Shown here: positions 11,931 through 25,539 of the stretch, piece by piece
Numbering within the stretch: position 1 is the stretch's first letter
How the letters are laid out: the number at the start of each line of letters is the position of its first letter
Assembly (NCBI GenBank): GCA_030265395.1
Contig: JARFYF010000055.1
Coordinates: forward strand, 15,800,530 to 15,864,529
Length of the DNA stretch: 64,000 nucleotides
Source of the DNA: Rhina ancylostomus
Lineage: Eukaryota
Direction of reading: 5' to 3'
Translations under genes and position numbers: made by a program
Notes under the pieces: model-generated
What the model was told of the DNA's origin: nothing
Seen by the model: only the letters and a program-made list of their open reading frames with translations
Databases searched by the model: none

Positions 11931-12035
11931 CGCTGCTGAGCTGGGTAACGATTTGGAGAATACATGCTGGAATCTGCATTCACTGACACCACATTAGATT
12001 GTACTGTCCCCTCTGGACCCATTCCATGTTCTGAC
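11931..12035 (-). CDS. ARID1A: ARID1A exon 16 equivalent (105 nt)
   Basis: ttcag|G TCA GAA CAT GGA ATG = (R)SEHGMGPEGTVQSNVVSVNADSSMYSPNRYPAQQ(R)|gtaagt. Confidence 0.9.
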
Positions 12036-12139
12036 CTGAATAAGAGGTTGATGAAAAAGCACAAGATGAAACTTGGGGATAGTGGTTGAGGGGGCAGGGT
12101 AGAAGCACTCTAGATACATGAAATTCCAGCACCACCTGA

Positions 12140-12830
12140 TCACAAGAGTTGGAAACTTAAAACTCTAGGTATAAATCTTGCAAAACCAATGGCTGTTAAC
12201 AGTAGACAACTCACACATGGTTCTTTTGCTTCCGCAATACAATTTTAATGACTTGGACAAAGAGGACATAGTAGAGATGTTTACAGATGAGACAAAAAGT
12301 GTTTGTGTGGTTTACAGAGAGGAGGAAAGCTTCAGTTTGCCAGAAAATATAGATAGTTCCGTTACTTGGACAGAAAAGAGGCAAAAGGAATTTGATCCAC
12401 AGTGTGAAGCAATACAGATGCAACAAGTCATGGGAATAAATGGGAGGATACTGAGTGGCGCAGAGGAACAAAGGGACATTGAAATGTAGGTCCACAGATC
12501 CTTAAAAGGTAGCAGGACAGGTCAATAAGGTAGTTAAAAATTATCGGATGCATTCCTTTATTAGCCACGAGAAAGAATCTAGGAGCAGGAAGTATATGTT
12601 ACAACTGAATGGAACACAGCAAGCACCGTGCACAGTTCTGGTTACCACATTGCATTATGTGAAAAACATGATCATATTAGAGAGGGCATGGAACTAATAA
12701 GGATATTTCCAGGACTGAAAGTACAGCGATTAAAAAAAAAAGGTGAATAAGCTACAGTTGTTTTTACTTGGAACTAAGGAAGCATAATAATAGAGTATAT
12801 AGATGAGTACATAAAAATCATGAATCTAAA
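12140..12830 (+). mobile_element. Degenerate CR1 LINE ORF2 fragment
   Basis: Remnants FTDETK (FADDTK-like), AEEQRD, gtgcacagttctggttaccacat. Confidence 0.7.
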
Positions 12831-13053
12831 TAAACAGAATAATCCAATATAAACCTATTGGACGTGTACCTTTATTAGCTATGACAAAGTATATAAGAAA
12901 TCACTTCAACTTTATAGATTAAAAGCAAAATGTAACTTTGATTATTATTTAGCAATTACTAGTCAACTGAAAGTAAATTCATAGAAATGCTGTTCCAAGC
13001 ATAGTATTTTAGCTTTCACTAATCCCAACTTTTTGGATACTGTGAATATTTAC

Positions 13054-13186
13054 CTCCTCTCAAATCCAGATCCATATGCATACTGCTGCCGCGGCCCCAT
13101 TCCTGTTGCAGGAGGGCGATTGTAAGGATCTCCCATTCCAGTATTGGGAGGAGGTCCAGATGATAAGAAAGGATCTGTTCCAGGAG
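13054..13186 (-). CDS. ARID1A: ARID1A exon 15 equivalent (133 nt)
   Basis: acag|CT CCT GGA ACA GAT CCT TTC = (A)[43 protein letters not shown](R)|gtaaat. Confidence 0.92.
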
Positions 13187-13567
13187 CTGTTGTCAGAAAG
13201 ATTACAAAGGAGAAAGAATCAGCCTGCTCTGTTGCTACTTATCTCAACTCTACCTTCCTGCATTATCTCCACATCCCAACTTCTGAAAATGAATATGTTC
13301 AATTAAACAACCAGAGAATTCCAAAGCATTTTGTCTTCAAAACAGTTGTAATAGATGGAATCTTTATTTTGGGTTTGGTGATCCAAATTTTTAAATTTTC
13401 TACCCAGGAGCCTAACACTTCGGGGTCACAATCTCAAAAAGGTTAAGCTATTTGGAACTGAAATTATGAGAAAGCTTTATTATTACATTCATCCATTGCA
13501 AGATTACTTAGTTCTATTAACTGCACATCATTTCAACTGTTTAGAACAAAGTTCTAAGCTGCAACAA

Positions 13568-13860
13568 GAGTGGTATAGCGGCACTACACTTTGTGATGCT
13601 GCCTTACAGCTCCAGAGACCCAAGTTTGATCCTGACCTCTGTCGCCATTTGTGTGGAGGTGGCACATTTCCACCAGATGCTCTGGTTTCCTCCCACATCC
13701 CAAAGATGTGCTTGGCCATTTAACTGGTTAATGTAAATTGCTTTATGGTGTAGGTAAGTGGCAAAAGGATAAGGACAGCTGATGGGCATGTGAGAGAAAA
13801 TAAGTTGTAGGGCTATAGGAAAATACAGAGAATGTAATTGTTCTGCTGGGAGCTGGCCTG
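13568..13860 (+). mobile_element. V-SINE (HE1-like), older copy
   Basis: gctgccttacagctccagagacccaagtttgatcctgacc head; gctctggtttcctcccacatcccaaagatgtg V-domain. Confidence 0.75.
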
Positions 13861-15369
13861 AACCTGATAGTCCACAATATCTCATGGGTGCCCAGTTTTG
13901 AGATGCTAGGTCTACCTCCATCTATCCAATTTAGACAATGGTAGCATTGCACATCATAGTGCAGGATGCTCAGTATAAGGATAAAACTTTGCTGTAGCCA
14001 TGAGCATCATAAAAAGCATGGACGAAACATAGCTTACAGGGAGGTTAAGGCCATGGCATCATTTTGTTCAACGTAAAATCGGAATCATCCCATTTTAAAA
14101 GAAGCCAATGAATTAATTGAAATGAAGTTGCTGTGATCTTCCTTTGGCTCCAAAAAGGCACAAAAGCTAGTTTCCAAAAGAAACCCAACATTTTTCAGAC
14201 TCATCAGCCTCCAATGGTCTAGATCACAGCTGTGGACCTCAATGCTCGCAATGATCATCCTCTGCACCAGACTGCTGCCATGAACATGGTAACAAATTAG
14301 CTCACCCAGTATGTAGACAGTAGACTTCTGTAACATTCAGTACTCAGTTCAAGCAACACACCTCCTAGATCAACCAGATCTGCATATCCAGAGAACCTTA
14401 CCCTTGTAACAGAAAGCAGTCACTTTAAATGACAAAAGAAAAATATTTCTGGAAATGGAGGCTTAACTCTCCAATGCAGGCAATGCAATCCATCTTAAAA
14501 GTATCAAGTGTCCCTCAACAGTAACATTTTCTCCCACAACACATCATCACACTAACCTCTCACAGCAAGGAGACCCCCCATATTAGTGGTCTTCAACCAA
14601 TGACAGACATGGCAACCAAGATGAAATTAAGGGTCTATCTGGTCCAGAAACTTAAAGGATAGGAAACATTAGTGCTAACCCCTCTGCAACATGTAGGTGA
14701 GTGCAGGACATTTGGGTGGCTGCACAGATCTATTAACTATTCTTTCAAATATTCATTCAATATAAAGCAGCAATCCCAAAGGAAGTGGAGTGATCTAACT
14801 ACACACACCACTGCTTCAAATCACACAGCCTTCTGGACTTATAATTCAACTTAAGTACCCATGAAACTTGAAGCACTGAAGAGTTCATAACATCCAAACA
14901 ACTAAAAAACAAAGGCAGTAGATTACAGTCCAAATGTTGCTGTGATCTGGCTTTAGCTCTTACAAAACACAAATGGATAATTAATAATATTCAACCAAAA
15001 CCACATAGCATAGGCCATGAAACACAACAACTAAAATGTCTGATCAGCAAACACAAAGCTATCACAGTAACGTACTCTGCTACTTGTTCCACAACTGCCT
15101 GGTTCAACCACTGAAATGTATTATAGTTGCTGTTTGACATCAACATCACCCACACGAAAGAATATGTAAATAGGTGAAATAGCATTTTGACTATTGAGAT
15201 TTGCTTACCACCTGCCACGTGTGGTCTGCATTGTCACCTTGGGATGTTTTTAAGGAATTCAAAAGGTAACCAAATTTTTTTTTTTAAAAATCGATAAAAA
15301 AGAAAATTAAAAATGATAATAAACTAATAGTTAACATTGCTGCCTCACAACTTCAAGTTTGATCCTGAC

Positions 15370-17330
15370 AGAAAGAAACTAAGGCGGCAATTAGGAAAGA
15401 AAAGATGAATTACGAAAGGAAGCTGGCAAACAACATTGGAATGGATACTAAGAGGTTTTTTTAAACTAAAAGAGAGACAAGGGTTGATGATATAGGACCA
15501 ATCGATAACAGTGTGGGAGAGATTATAATGGATGATAAGGAGATGGCAGAGGAACTAAATGGGTATTTTGCATCGGTCTTCACTGTNNNNNNNNNNNNNN
15601 NNNNNNNNNNNNNNNNNNNNNNNNNNNNNNNNNNNNNNNNNNNNNNNNNNNNNNNNNNNNNNNNNNNNNNNNNNNNNNNNNNNNNNCAGTACCAATTAGA
15701 TGTATCAGCCCAGAACTGGTACATGCTGCCACCTGCATTGCAATGAGACAGACAGAGCTTGTATATGCAAGTAATTAGGGACAGTGTGGGCCCCTTGCAG
15801 AGAGAATTTATAATAGTAGATAAAATTGCAGAGGAAGTAACAAATACTGTGCATCTGTTTTTATGGAAGACTAATAAAGGAGTGTACCATGGCTCAAGTG
15901 CAAATGAGGAAATGAAAGGAATATTAGTAAAGAAATACAAAAGAAGCAAGTGGGCTTAAAAATTGATACGTCACAAGTCTCCATCAGCAAGCTTTGAAAG
16001 AAGTGGTTTTGGAGATGGTGGATGCTCCAGTTACTACATTTTAAAATGTTATAGACTCTCAAATAGATTCTGCAGATTAAAAGACATCAAATCTGACCTC
16101 ACTATTTGAGGGGGAGGGAGAAAACAGGGAACTACCAACCGGTCTTACATCAATTGTTGGGAAATTGCTGGAAAATGCTTGAGCAGGGTCAACGTGGGTT
16201 TATGAAAGGGAAGTCATACTCAACAAATCTACTGGCGTTCTTTGAGGATGTATCCAGTAGATGTGGATATGACCTATTTGGATTTATAAACAACTTTCAA
16301 TGAGATCCTATGCAGGAGGTTGAAGATGGCTGGAGCATGTGGACTGAGAGTTGGTTAATAGAAAACAGTAGGAATGAAGAGGTCCTTCTTGGGCAGGCAA
16401 GCTATTAATGAAAACCACAGGAATCAGTGCTTGGGTCCCACTATTCACAATCTGTATCAACAATCTGCATGAGGTGACCAAATTTAACATTTCCAAGTTT
16501 ACTGATGATACAAAAATTCAGCAAATATGTGAGAAGACATGAGGATACAAAGAAGCTATCAGGCAATTTAGACAAGATGAGTGAGCAAGAACATGGCAGG
16601 TAGAGAAAATAGCAGGTTATCCAAACAAGTAGAAACAGAATGCTGAGTTTTTTAAAAAAATTATATTCAAAAGGGGCCTGAGTATTCTTGTACATAAATG
16701 ACTAAAAGTTAACATGCAGATTCGGCAGATAAATAGAAAGTTGGATTTATTGTACGAAGATTTGAGTACCAAGAGATGTCCTCCAAAATTACATTGCATC
16801 TTGAGACCACACCTGGAATATTGTTATAACTTTGGTGTCCACCCTAAGGAAGGTATATACTTGCTATACAGGAATTGCAGCAAAGGTTCACTGGATTGAT
16901 TCCTGGGATGGTAAGTCTGTTGTACTAGAAGATGCTCCAGTACTCTAGGCCTCAATCTCTGTTTCTGAATAATGAGAAATGGCCTAATTGAGATATACAA
17001 ATACTTGGAGAAATCAATAGAGTAGATGTGGGCAGGATATTTCCCCTGGCTAAGAAGTCTAGAACTAGGGATCATTGTCACAACGGGATATGCTAAGCAG
17101 GATCAAACTGAGGAGCAATATCTTCACTCAGAAGGTGACGTATCTTTGAAAATCCATACCCAAGGCAGCTCTAGAGGATGTGTCATCAATCGCTTTCAAA
17201 ACAGAGATTAATAAATGTCTAAATATTAGATGAATCAAGGGATAGGGAATAGTATGGGAATATGTTGAGGTAGAAGATCAGCTATGATCTTGTTAAATGG
17301 CAGAGGGTACTTTATGGCAACATTATAAGC
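15370..17330 (+). mobile_element. CR1 LINE ORF2 remnants (two pieces across a gap) ending at the 3' tail
   Basis: Fragments EMAEELNGYFASVFT, GNYQPV, QRGFMKGKSYSTNLLAFFEDV, RPHLEYC; many frameshifts and stops. Confidence 0.85.
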
Positions 17331-17639
17331 TGTTTCCGCTAATACACTATGTTGATAGAAATAAAAACCACAGAGGAAAAGAGGTTCTAAGTATATGTTT
17401 GCTGTATTATGAATTATTTCTTCAAATATGGCACATTTAGGATTTTGGTAGTGCTGTCTGGATTTGATCAGGACTATCAGATGTTATTTTATGAATTCTT
17501 TCAATTCATGTTTCTTTAAATGTTGTACGCTTACATTCCAGTGAACCTAGTAAGTTTCAGAGGTGTGTGGAAACCAGGGCTGTGGCTAGTGCCATCAGAA
17601 TTTCCAACTGATCGGATAGTGGATTATCAGAGTTTTACT

Positions 17640-18100
17640 GTACATTCCTTGTTTTTCTATTAAGCTTTAAAATCCCATTTCCTAATTTACTTTGGAGAAC
17701 TCAGTATACTTTGATCATATTTAAGACCCTAGCTTTGGATTTAATTACATCACTTTCAAACTCAGTAAAATCAGTCTCTTGCAATTTTTTTTTAGAAAGC
17801 TCTTAACAACTAGCTCAGCTCACTGCACAATACTAAAATTTAATAGAGTCTGATTCCTGGTACCTCAACTTACAAATCTATCACACTATCTTGAATAAAT
17901 TCCAGTACCTTGTCATTAGTACTACTACAAATATGGTTTGACCAGTCTGCTTAAAAATTGAAGTCTCTTGTGATTACTTTGACCTCTGCTATCCTGATTC
18001 ATTTCCTGACACAAAACTACTGGGGGCCTCTACAGTAAGCTCACTCATATTTCCTGGCCCTTGTTTCTTAGTTCCATCCAATATCCAAGCAGATTGTACA
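17640..18100 (-). mobile_element. Degenerate CR1 fragment (endonuclease region)
   Basis: Minus-strand GDFN..DW-like motif (accagtctgcttaaaaattgaagtctc); similar to ~52.6 kb. Confidence 0.45.
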
Positions 18101-18302
18101 TCTTGATTTTTAAGCTATGAACTTGAATGTGACTCAGATGAAAAATATGACTACTATCTGTAAGATTTGTGATTTACTGTGCATTACAAGACCAATATCT
18201 CTCCAAGAGAGTGGCAAAAAAAGACCTTCAGCCTGTAAGCAACATTCATCAGTCATTTCGTGCAACATTTCCATTTCAGGAAATAATCTCAACTACTCCT
18301 AC

Positions 18303-18475
18303 CTTTCCTCATCCCACCAAATGGATCCTTGTTCGGTTCATATGGCATACGGGCCATTAAGTCCGTGGTATTCATGTTGGGTGGATAGGCTGGGTTTTGA
18401 GAAACAGTGGTTCTCTTCTGGAAAGCTGGGTCACTGGTGTCTGCAAATGGATCCTGGACACTCACAGAGTTGTTT
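18303..18475 (-). CDS. ARID1A: ARID1A exon 14 equivalent (173 nt)
   Basis: ttcag|A AAC AAC TCT GTG = (R)NNSVSVQDPFADTSDPAFQKR...MPYEPNKDPFGGMRK|gtagga. Confidence 0.94.
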
Positions 18476-18963
18476 CTGAATTTTAAAGGAACACAAATTA
18501 GATAAACATAGATCATTGAAAAGCTGATAAATTTTCCTAAATGGCAAATGACAAATAAATGACTGAGTTAAAAATGGAGATTAGTAAGGGGTAATGGGAA
18601 AAGCAATCAGTTTAACTTTATGGTCACATCCTCCATTTCATGGGCTGCCTATCACTCAAATCTGCCAACTACACTTGGCCCTCGTGTATCACTGTATCAT
18701 AAAAGCAGTCTGTAATTTTACCTGTCCTCTACTCATGAAATAGTCTTCTAATATACTTTCCTCAGAGTTACCAGCTCCAAGCTGGCACCAGCCCTCACCC
18801 TACCAGCCTTTGCTTTGGGAATGAAGCAAGAAGTGAAGTAAACACAACTAGATCACTACTGCAGTTGCCCATAATCACAGTTCCAAGAAATGTGAATACA
18901 TTGAGAAGTTCAATGCAATTGCTCAATATGCAGTGGTACACCTTTCATGACAACCTTACTTAC

Positions 18964-19096
18964 CTGGATCCTGGCATTGGCTGCATATGGCTATGGGGTG
19001 TTGAGACGGGTGTTGGTGGCTTTAAATCTCCTCCTTCTGCCATTGAGCTGCTGGTGGACTGAGGGGTCTGAGGGCCCTGCAGGGAACCTGAACCAG
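18964..19096 (-). CDS. ARID1A: ARID1A exon 13 equivalent (133 nt)
   Basis: tgcag|CT GGT TCA GGT TCC = (A)[43 protein letters not shown](R)|gtaagt. Confidence 0.95.
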
Positions 19097-19129
19097 CTGC
19101 AATAAAAACAAAAGACCACCTCTGTCATA

Positions 19130-19625
19130 ATGGAGACATAATGGTCCAGGAACAACATAAACCACGACAAAACTCTGTGAGATGACAAGAAGATGCCGAG
19201 AGAGCAGGGTGAAGAGGGACAGGACCATGGGGAGTGAGAAGGGTCAAGAGAGGGTAAGTGGGGCACTAGTGAGAGGGGAAGTGGCTTGAAAAATGGAAGA
19301 TGAGCAAAGGGAATAGACTGGAGTGTGGGTTCAGGGTGAATGGGGAGGGGGCTGGAAAGAAGGCTGGTGGATGGGGAAGGTGGACCTAGAGATTTTTGTG
19401 TTGTGTCTCTGGTGGGGAGAGGAAGAGGAAATAAGAGAGCAGGGACCCAAGAGGCTGGTGGTGGATGTAGGGATCAAAAGTTGGGCAGGGTATATGGGGG
19501 GGGTCGGGGAGAAATNNNNNNNNNNAGTTAGGGGATCTTTTTTTGGGGGGAACTGGGTGTCACTTCACCGAGAGAGGGGTTGTTGTCAGAGGGAGTGCAA
19601 GGTCTGGAGTTAAAAACAATCTGAC
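19130..19625. repeat. Purine/G-rich degenerate repeat, possibly Penelope-related
   Basis: Strong G/A skew with multiple G runs directly upstream of the exon 13 acceptor. Confidence 0.45.
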
Positions 19626-21363
19626 CTATTGCTCAGATCTGGAAGCTATGAACTCAAATATAATCAATGACACAGTAAAATAATTACTCTCAAAAATTGT
19701 ATATTGGTTTAATTATCTTCAGATCCTATTCATTTGGGGCAACCACAAAGTTATAACAGCATTAACGATTATTCTCTTGCATTTGTCTGACACAAAAGAT
19801 TATTGTGACATGTCATGGATGGCGCTGTCCAGATATAGACTCCTGTGAATGGGGTACAAGATTGTGTTCATCATTATACACTTTCAGGTATTACAATAGT
19901 CTTGATGATTCACACTGCTATTCATTAAATGTGAGTAAAGGTCAACAGAAGGTTAGCCTTATTTACACCCAGCCCTGTTTCACCTTTTCACCCTGCTCAG
20001 TCAGGGGATTCCCCTCCTGCCTAGTGACTTGTCACTGCCTTAAGAATGCAGTTGGGCTCCCCTTACTGTGTAATATGGGAATTAGGTTACATTGCAGTCA
20101 GGCGACTGAACTCTGCTTCATTCAATTTCTAAACACACTTCCCATTCATCAACTCCAGGCTATCTCCAGGGAATCTGGGATGGCAACATGCAAAGCAGTC
20201 AGCTGGAATGTCATATGAGCCAGTGGGCAGGGCTGACATTCTTGGAATTCCTTCCTTTTCCCATACAATCCTCTGTGCAGTGTTCACAGATAATGCCCAT
20301 GTAAGGACAGACTTCATCATACTCAAATCACCGACTCAATCAGCCAGCAGAATGGATAACGAAATTAAGAGTTTAACCAAATGTCAAATTTACTAAAATA
20401 ATCTACTCTCCCGGGCTCTGATGACATTTATTTAAAGCAGCAGGGAGAGGTGGCCTGTATAGAACAATTCAGCTGCTAGGAATGCTGAGCCTCCAATACA
20501 CGACAGCAGCTGGACTACACAGCAATTCCTCAGCCCCAGCATTTCTCATTCAGACAGCATGCTTCAATTAACTGTTTCCCTCTTTAAATGCTGACTTGCT
20601 GAATATTTCTAGTATCTTGTCTTATATATGGTAACGCACTATTGTTTTTCCTCCAATCAAAATACAATGGACAATATAAACAAGACAACATACAATGGCC
20701 CTCATAACTCAGATACCTAGCGTTCAAGTGCTATGTTTTAGAGAGATGAGGAAACACTTGGATCCCAGTTATAAAATGACTATCACTACAGTGGAAGGCA
20801 GTCTTAATGAGGAAGGACTGAGAATGGTAAAGGATATGGAGCAACTTACAATAAGATGTCAGAAAAAACAAGAGCAAAAACCACACAACAGTCAACACAA
20901 GTGATCCAAAAGGGTAACTTGTAAGAGACTTGTAAAAGACTCCAAAAGAGATTTTTCCCAATGAACTGCCAAGTCAAAATGCATACTTTTTCTGATAAAT
21001 TAACCTTAGCTACAAATGCTTTTTACTTGTTCAGTTATATGTTAAATACACTCTGAAATCTAACAACAGCCTGGAAACCTAATGACAGAGAATTCTTCAC
21101 AATGTCATTATTAACCTCCTTTCACATTGGCAGCATGTTATTCCTTACTAATGAAATAAATTTCAATAAAATTTTCATAACACCAAACTAAAGGACTTGT
21201 GAAATAATGCTTATGAATAGCTCCTTCACGAATGATACATTAAATAACATTTCATTTATACTGTTTAATTTCCCCCTTCCACTTATAGCACTCTTTCGCC
21301 ATTACGACGGCTAGTGAACCTGAATTACTAAACCAACCCTCAGAATCAAAGCCTTGAATTCTA

Positions 21364-21642
<279 letters not shown>

Positions 21643-21764
21643 TCAAGTAATGTGGAGAAAAATACACCATCCTCTGTTCAGCAAATACAGTTTATCAGGA
21701 TCCATCAGGAAAATGGATCTCAACTGCCTTAACAGCTACATTAGTTAACCCTATCAGAGAAATT

Positions 21765-21910
21765 CCCTTTGTTCCACCCTCTCTTTCCAAGTACTGGAGG
21801 AGGATCCCAGATCTGAAACGTTAAACAACTTTGCACAAATACTGTTTGACCTGCTGAGCATTTCCAGCAGCATATTTTTATTTCATATTTTCAGCATTAC
21901 AGTTTTTTGG
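21765..21910 (+). mobile_element. Penelope-like element terminal-repeat remnant
   Basis: ctggaggaggatcccagatctgaaacgtt...gacctgctgagcatttccagca; related short copies at ~20590, ~34610-34695 (minus) and ~45285-45345. Confidence 0.6.
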
Positions 21911-22069
21911 ATTTTCATTTGAAATTTTGATTCCCATTTGATTAATAATCATCACACGAGCTGAAAAACATTCACTCATCAAGGTACTAAATTACAGCAA
22001 CAAAACCACTGCAATGCACAGAACGCACCTAAACACAGTTATCACAATTTAACTGGCACTCGCAGCATA

Positions 22070-22340
22070 ATGTACCATCAGTTGAGCTCTTTTGGATGAG
22101 TGTTAAACTAAAGCCCTTCCTTTCCGGTGTATGGAAAAGATCTCATCTGAAAAACAGGAGAGTTCTCTGCAGTGCCCTTTTATTCCTCAACTATCACTAA
22201 AAAGAGATTATCACGTCAGAATCACATTTCTATTTGTAGAAACTCCTTGCATTCTTACAAACAGGGACTACACTTCAGAAGTAATTCACTGGTTATAAAG
22301 TTTGAGTCAGGAGGAAATGAAAGATGCTATATAAATGTCT
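22070..22340 (+). mobile_element. DeuSINE (SacSINE1/AmnSINE1-related) remnant
   Basis: ttttggatgagtgttaaactaaagccc (Deu-domain-like), actacacttcagaagtaattcactgg, tgaaagatgctatataaatg tail. Confidence 0.7.
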
Positions 22341-23435
22341 GATTTTCCTCTTAATGAAATACCATACACTGGGTATGTTCTGACAGGTATCAATGTTGAT
22401 TGGCATATCAATCTTGAGGCTTGCAAATGGAAGCCTTACTCACACCATTGTTTCTCACAATATAGGAGCATAACAATCCCAAAGGTTTTACAGAAGCAAC
22501 CTTGCTGCAATGGAACAATTCCGGTGGGCACAACAGCTCTCTACAGGGAACCAAATGCAAGTCAGGCTGGGTCAGGATAGACAGGTAAATATCTTAATGA
22601 AGACGGCCCATAACTTATTTTTCCTCTCTCAAGAAGTTACCCTACCTTTCTTCAACCTGCCTGGACACACCCAATACGAGGACAGCTTGCAAACCAAGTT
22701 GCCCATGGTTCCCATTTTGTCCTAGGAATTTGTTTTCTCACTATATCCCCTTGTCCTGTCCTACTGACGGGAACATACCATAACTTTTGCTTAACTATCA
22801 ATAATGGTAGATCAGCCATCTCACAGAACATCCACTCTATGGCACTGAATGCTCTAGTATTACCTCCAAATTCTTAAATGATTTGGACTGCACAGAAAAC
22901 GTTTCTGAAATACAATTGCTTCAAAACTTTATTTCTGTTTGAGGTGGAAAACACTGCACAGACTTAATGATGTATCCATGTATCAATAATTCAAATGAAT
23001 TCTATTTTATTAACAGAATAGTGAGTGATAGTGGTGGCCTTGGAATTCCAAATAAATCTATCACTGGACATAGAATGAAATTTGCCTCTGTCAGAACTGC
23101 ATTCACAAATAACCCATTTTAAGTTTGAAATTACTGGGCCAAAGTGAGCAGACAAGCATTTGGAATTATTTTGATCCAAGCCTTCCCCCACACCCCAACT
23201 ATAAATGAAAGAGCTACGAGGTGGTGGTATTATTCCAATAAACATTCCAGACTAACACATGTTACTATGCAGGAAGTGTTTGCAAGGTAACCAACCACAT
23301 GCTGTAAATAAGTTTGGCAAAATAAGGCAACCAAGATGAAAGCACCAAAAAGGGATGCAACGTAGAACAAAAGTTTAAAGTTTTCAGTGAAGTTCTGCAA
23401 CAAGACTGAAATTAAAAGCTGTGTTTCACACTCAC

Positions 23436-23645
23436 CTGTGTTAGTCCCCCAATATCTTTGACTGACATATAAAGTCGATAAAGGTCCAACGGTTTCCTGC
23501 CAACTGCAGGGAGATTCATCATCATTGTGCCCTTCTCTTCCATGAAGGCAAAGTACCTATCAATCCACATCTTTCGCTCTGGCTCTCCACCCAACTCGTA
23601 CAGTTTTGCAATTTTTTCATTAGTGGTCGTGGAAGAGCTAGTCTT
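23436..23645 (-). CDS. ARID1A: ARID1A exon 11 equivalent (210 nt), N-terminal half of the ARID domain
   Basis: ttacag|[31 protein letters not shown]...[26 protein letters not shown]|gtgagt. Confidence 0.97.
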
Positions 23646-24699
23646 CTGTAAAGAGGCAGATTCAACAGTAACTAAGCAAACATATTTAATTAAGCTCAAA
23701 ACGACATAGAAAACAGGCAGTTAGAGGTTCACAGAGACAATACATACAAATTAAAGCACTTGCCTAATAAAAAATAAGAGACATAGAAAATAAGCAGAGG
23801 CAGACCACAGGCCCACGCAGTTAATATACTAGGTCATCTATGCATTAAAAACAACCAAAAAGAGCAAACCAACCCTGAAGAAAATGAAAATCTCTGCAAA
23901 ATTCTTGTGCAGAATTAAATTATGACAGGTTTTAATCCAGTTCATAAACAGCTAACTGCCCCCCACCATCCCCCCATTCAGCGCAGTAGGCAAATATATT
24001 AAGACTATAAGATAATTTATATGAAACAGAAAGGCGCACTTATAGCCCATTGGGATCAGAACAGCAATCTGAGGAGGTCAATGAAGTCATAAATATCTCA
24101 GTCCATATCATCTGATTTGTTTCTTTTCCCAAAAGCCTACCAGCACACTCCTGCTATTATACAAAGATACTAATACTCTTCACTCCCCATTGACCAGTTT
24201 CTTCAGAAACTGTTGGTTCAGGGTGGAGGAGGTATGGTGGTGGCTGCTGCTGCCCTTTTACCATCTTAAAATGGGAACTCAATAAAGCTGGACAAAGTAT
24301 ACTAGTAATGGCTGATATCTGAATTAAGTCCAGGTGTTACAAAAGAGCAAAGCAAATTTTACTCTCATTGAATAAGCTATATTTGACATGGTGTCAACTG
24401 ATACTGGCATCAGGATGTCCAAAATGTAAAATGCTAAATCTTAATTAATAATTACCCTTCATTTCACATGCTCAAATTATCAATACATTGAACACAAGGT
24501 TATTGTGGCTCAGGGTCAGCCAAGTGAATTAAAGCCCTAGACAAACAGGAGCTGTTCTTAATGTTAACACAGCATCATTAGGTCTTTTCATCTCATTCCC
24601 CAGTAACAGCATGTACTGTCTTCACCCCAGTTAATGTTGAAACCCAGGTGCAGTATCATCTAAGTCAGAGAGCTACTACACTAATGTTTGATTTATGTT

Positions 24700-24800
24700 T
24701 TTTTCATGCATTGTGTCTCTCTCCAATGCTATGTGCCTGTGATACTGCTGCAGGCAAGTTTTTCATGCACCTGTGCATATGACAATAAACTTGACTGACT
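24700..24800 (+). mobile_element. Rex1/Babar-type 3' tail fragment
   Basis: atgctatgtgcctgtgatactgctgcaggcaagtttttcatgcacctgtgcatatgacaataaacttgactgact; similar to the tail at 27700-27767. Confidence 0.6.
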
Positions 24801-24808
24801 TTTCTTAC

Positions 24809-24918
24809 CTTCGACTTGGACTCGGTCTTTGTCATTCCATCTGCTTTATTGTTTGCTTTCTGTGTTGGTGGCAATTTTCCTTCCCCAAGTGCCATCATCT
24901 CAGGACTGGGAGCCATGC
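24809..24918 (-). CDS. ARID1A: ARID1A exon 10 equivalent (110 nt)
   Basis: tgcag|GC ATG GCT CCC = (G)[36 protein letters not shown]|gtaaga. Confidence 0.94.
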
Positions 24919-25259
24919 CTGCATGAAGAAGGCAAGGGAGGAGCTAAATACTGAAGTTTTGCAAGGGTAATTATTCTAAAAACATTTAATTCACTCTATG
25001 GCTTTCCCCTGTTTACAAAGTTTTCATCTAGGTTTCCCTCATATTCTTCATAGCCCACAGTTCACAAATCCCATGTACCAACCAAACCAATAGTCCACTA
25101 GTTTTTTTTTTTGCTTTTATACAATGTAGTTGTTAGGAACCTTGGAATAACAAAGTGCTTGTGGCAAACATAGGCTTTTCACAAATTTAAGTGTCAACTA
25201 TCAACAAATCAGTAAATGGTATGCTCAAATCCCCATTCTAAATGTTAAGGAAGTAGCAC

Positions 25260-25530
25260 AAGATGAGTCTGTATTGAGGAAATGGCATCTTTTGAATGAG
25301 ATGTTAAATCAAGGCCTTCCAGAAGAATCCCATGAATGAAACAAAGAATATGAAACTCTCATTTGTTCAATATTAATCCATAAGCATCATGAAAACCAAA
25401 TTCACTGTTCACTTAACTTCCAGTGTGTGGGATCTGGTTGGAAACAAAATGGCATCACTTCAGATTAATTAGTTTATCTATGACTACTTTGGATTGCCCC
25501 AAGCATACAAATTGGTGTAGTAAAGGTGCC
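25260..25530 (+). mobile_element. DeuSINE remnant
   Basis: cttttgaatgagatgttaaatcaaggcc followed by a colinear degenerate body. Confidence 0.55.
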
Positions 25531-25539
25531 AATCATTTC

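Noticed and set aside
15370-17330. Functional reverse transcriptase gene
   Set aside because: Multiple stops and frameshifts; no intact LINE ORF anywhere in the window.
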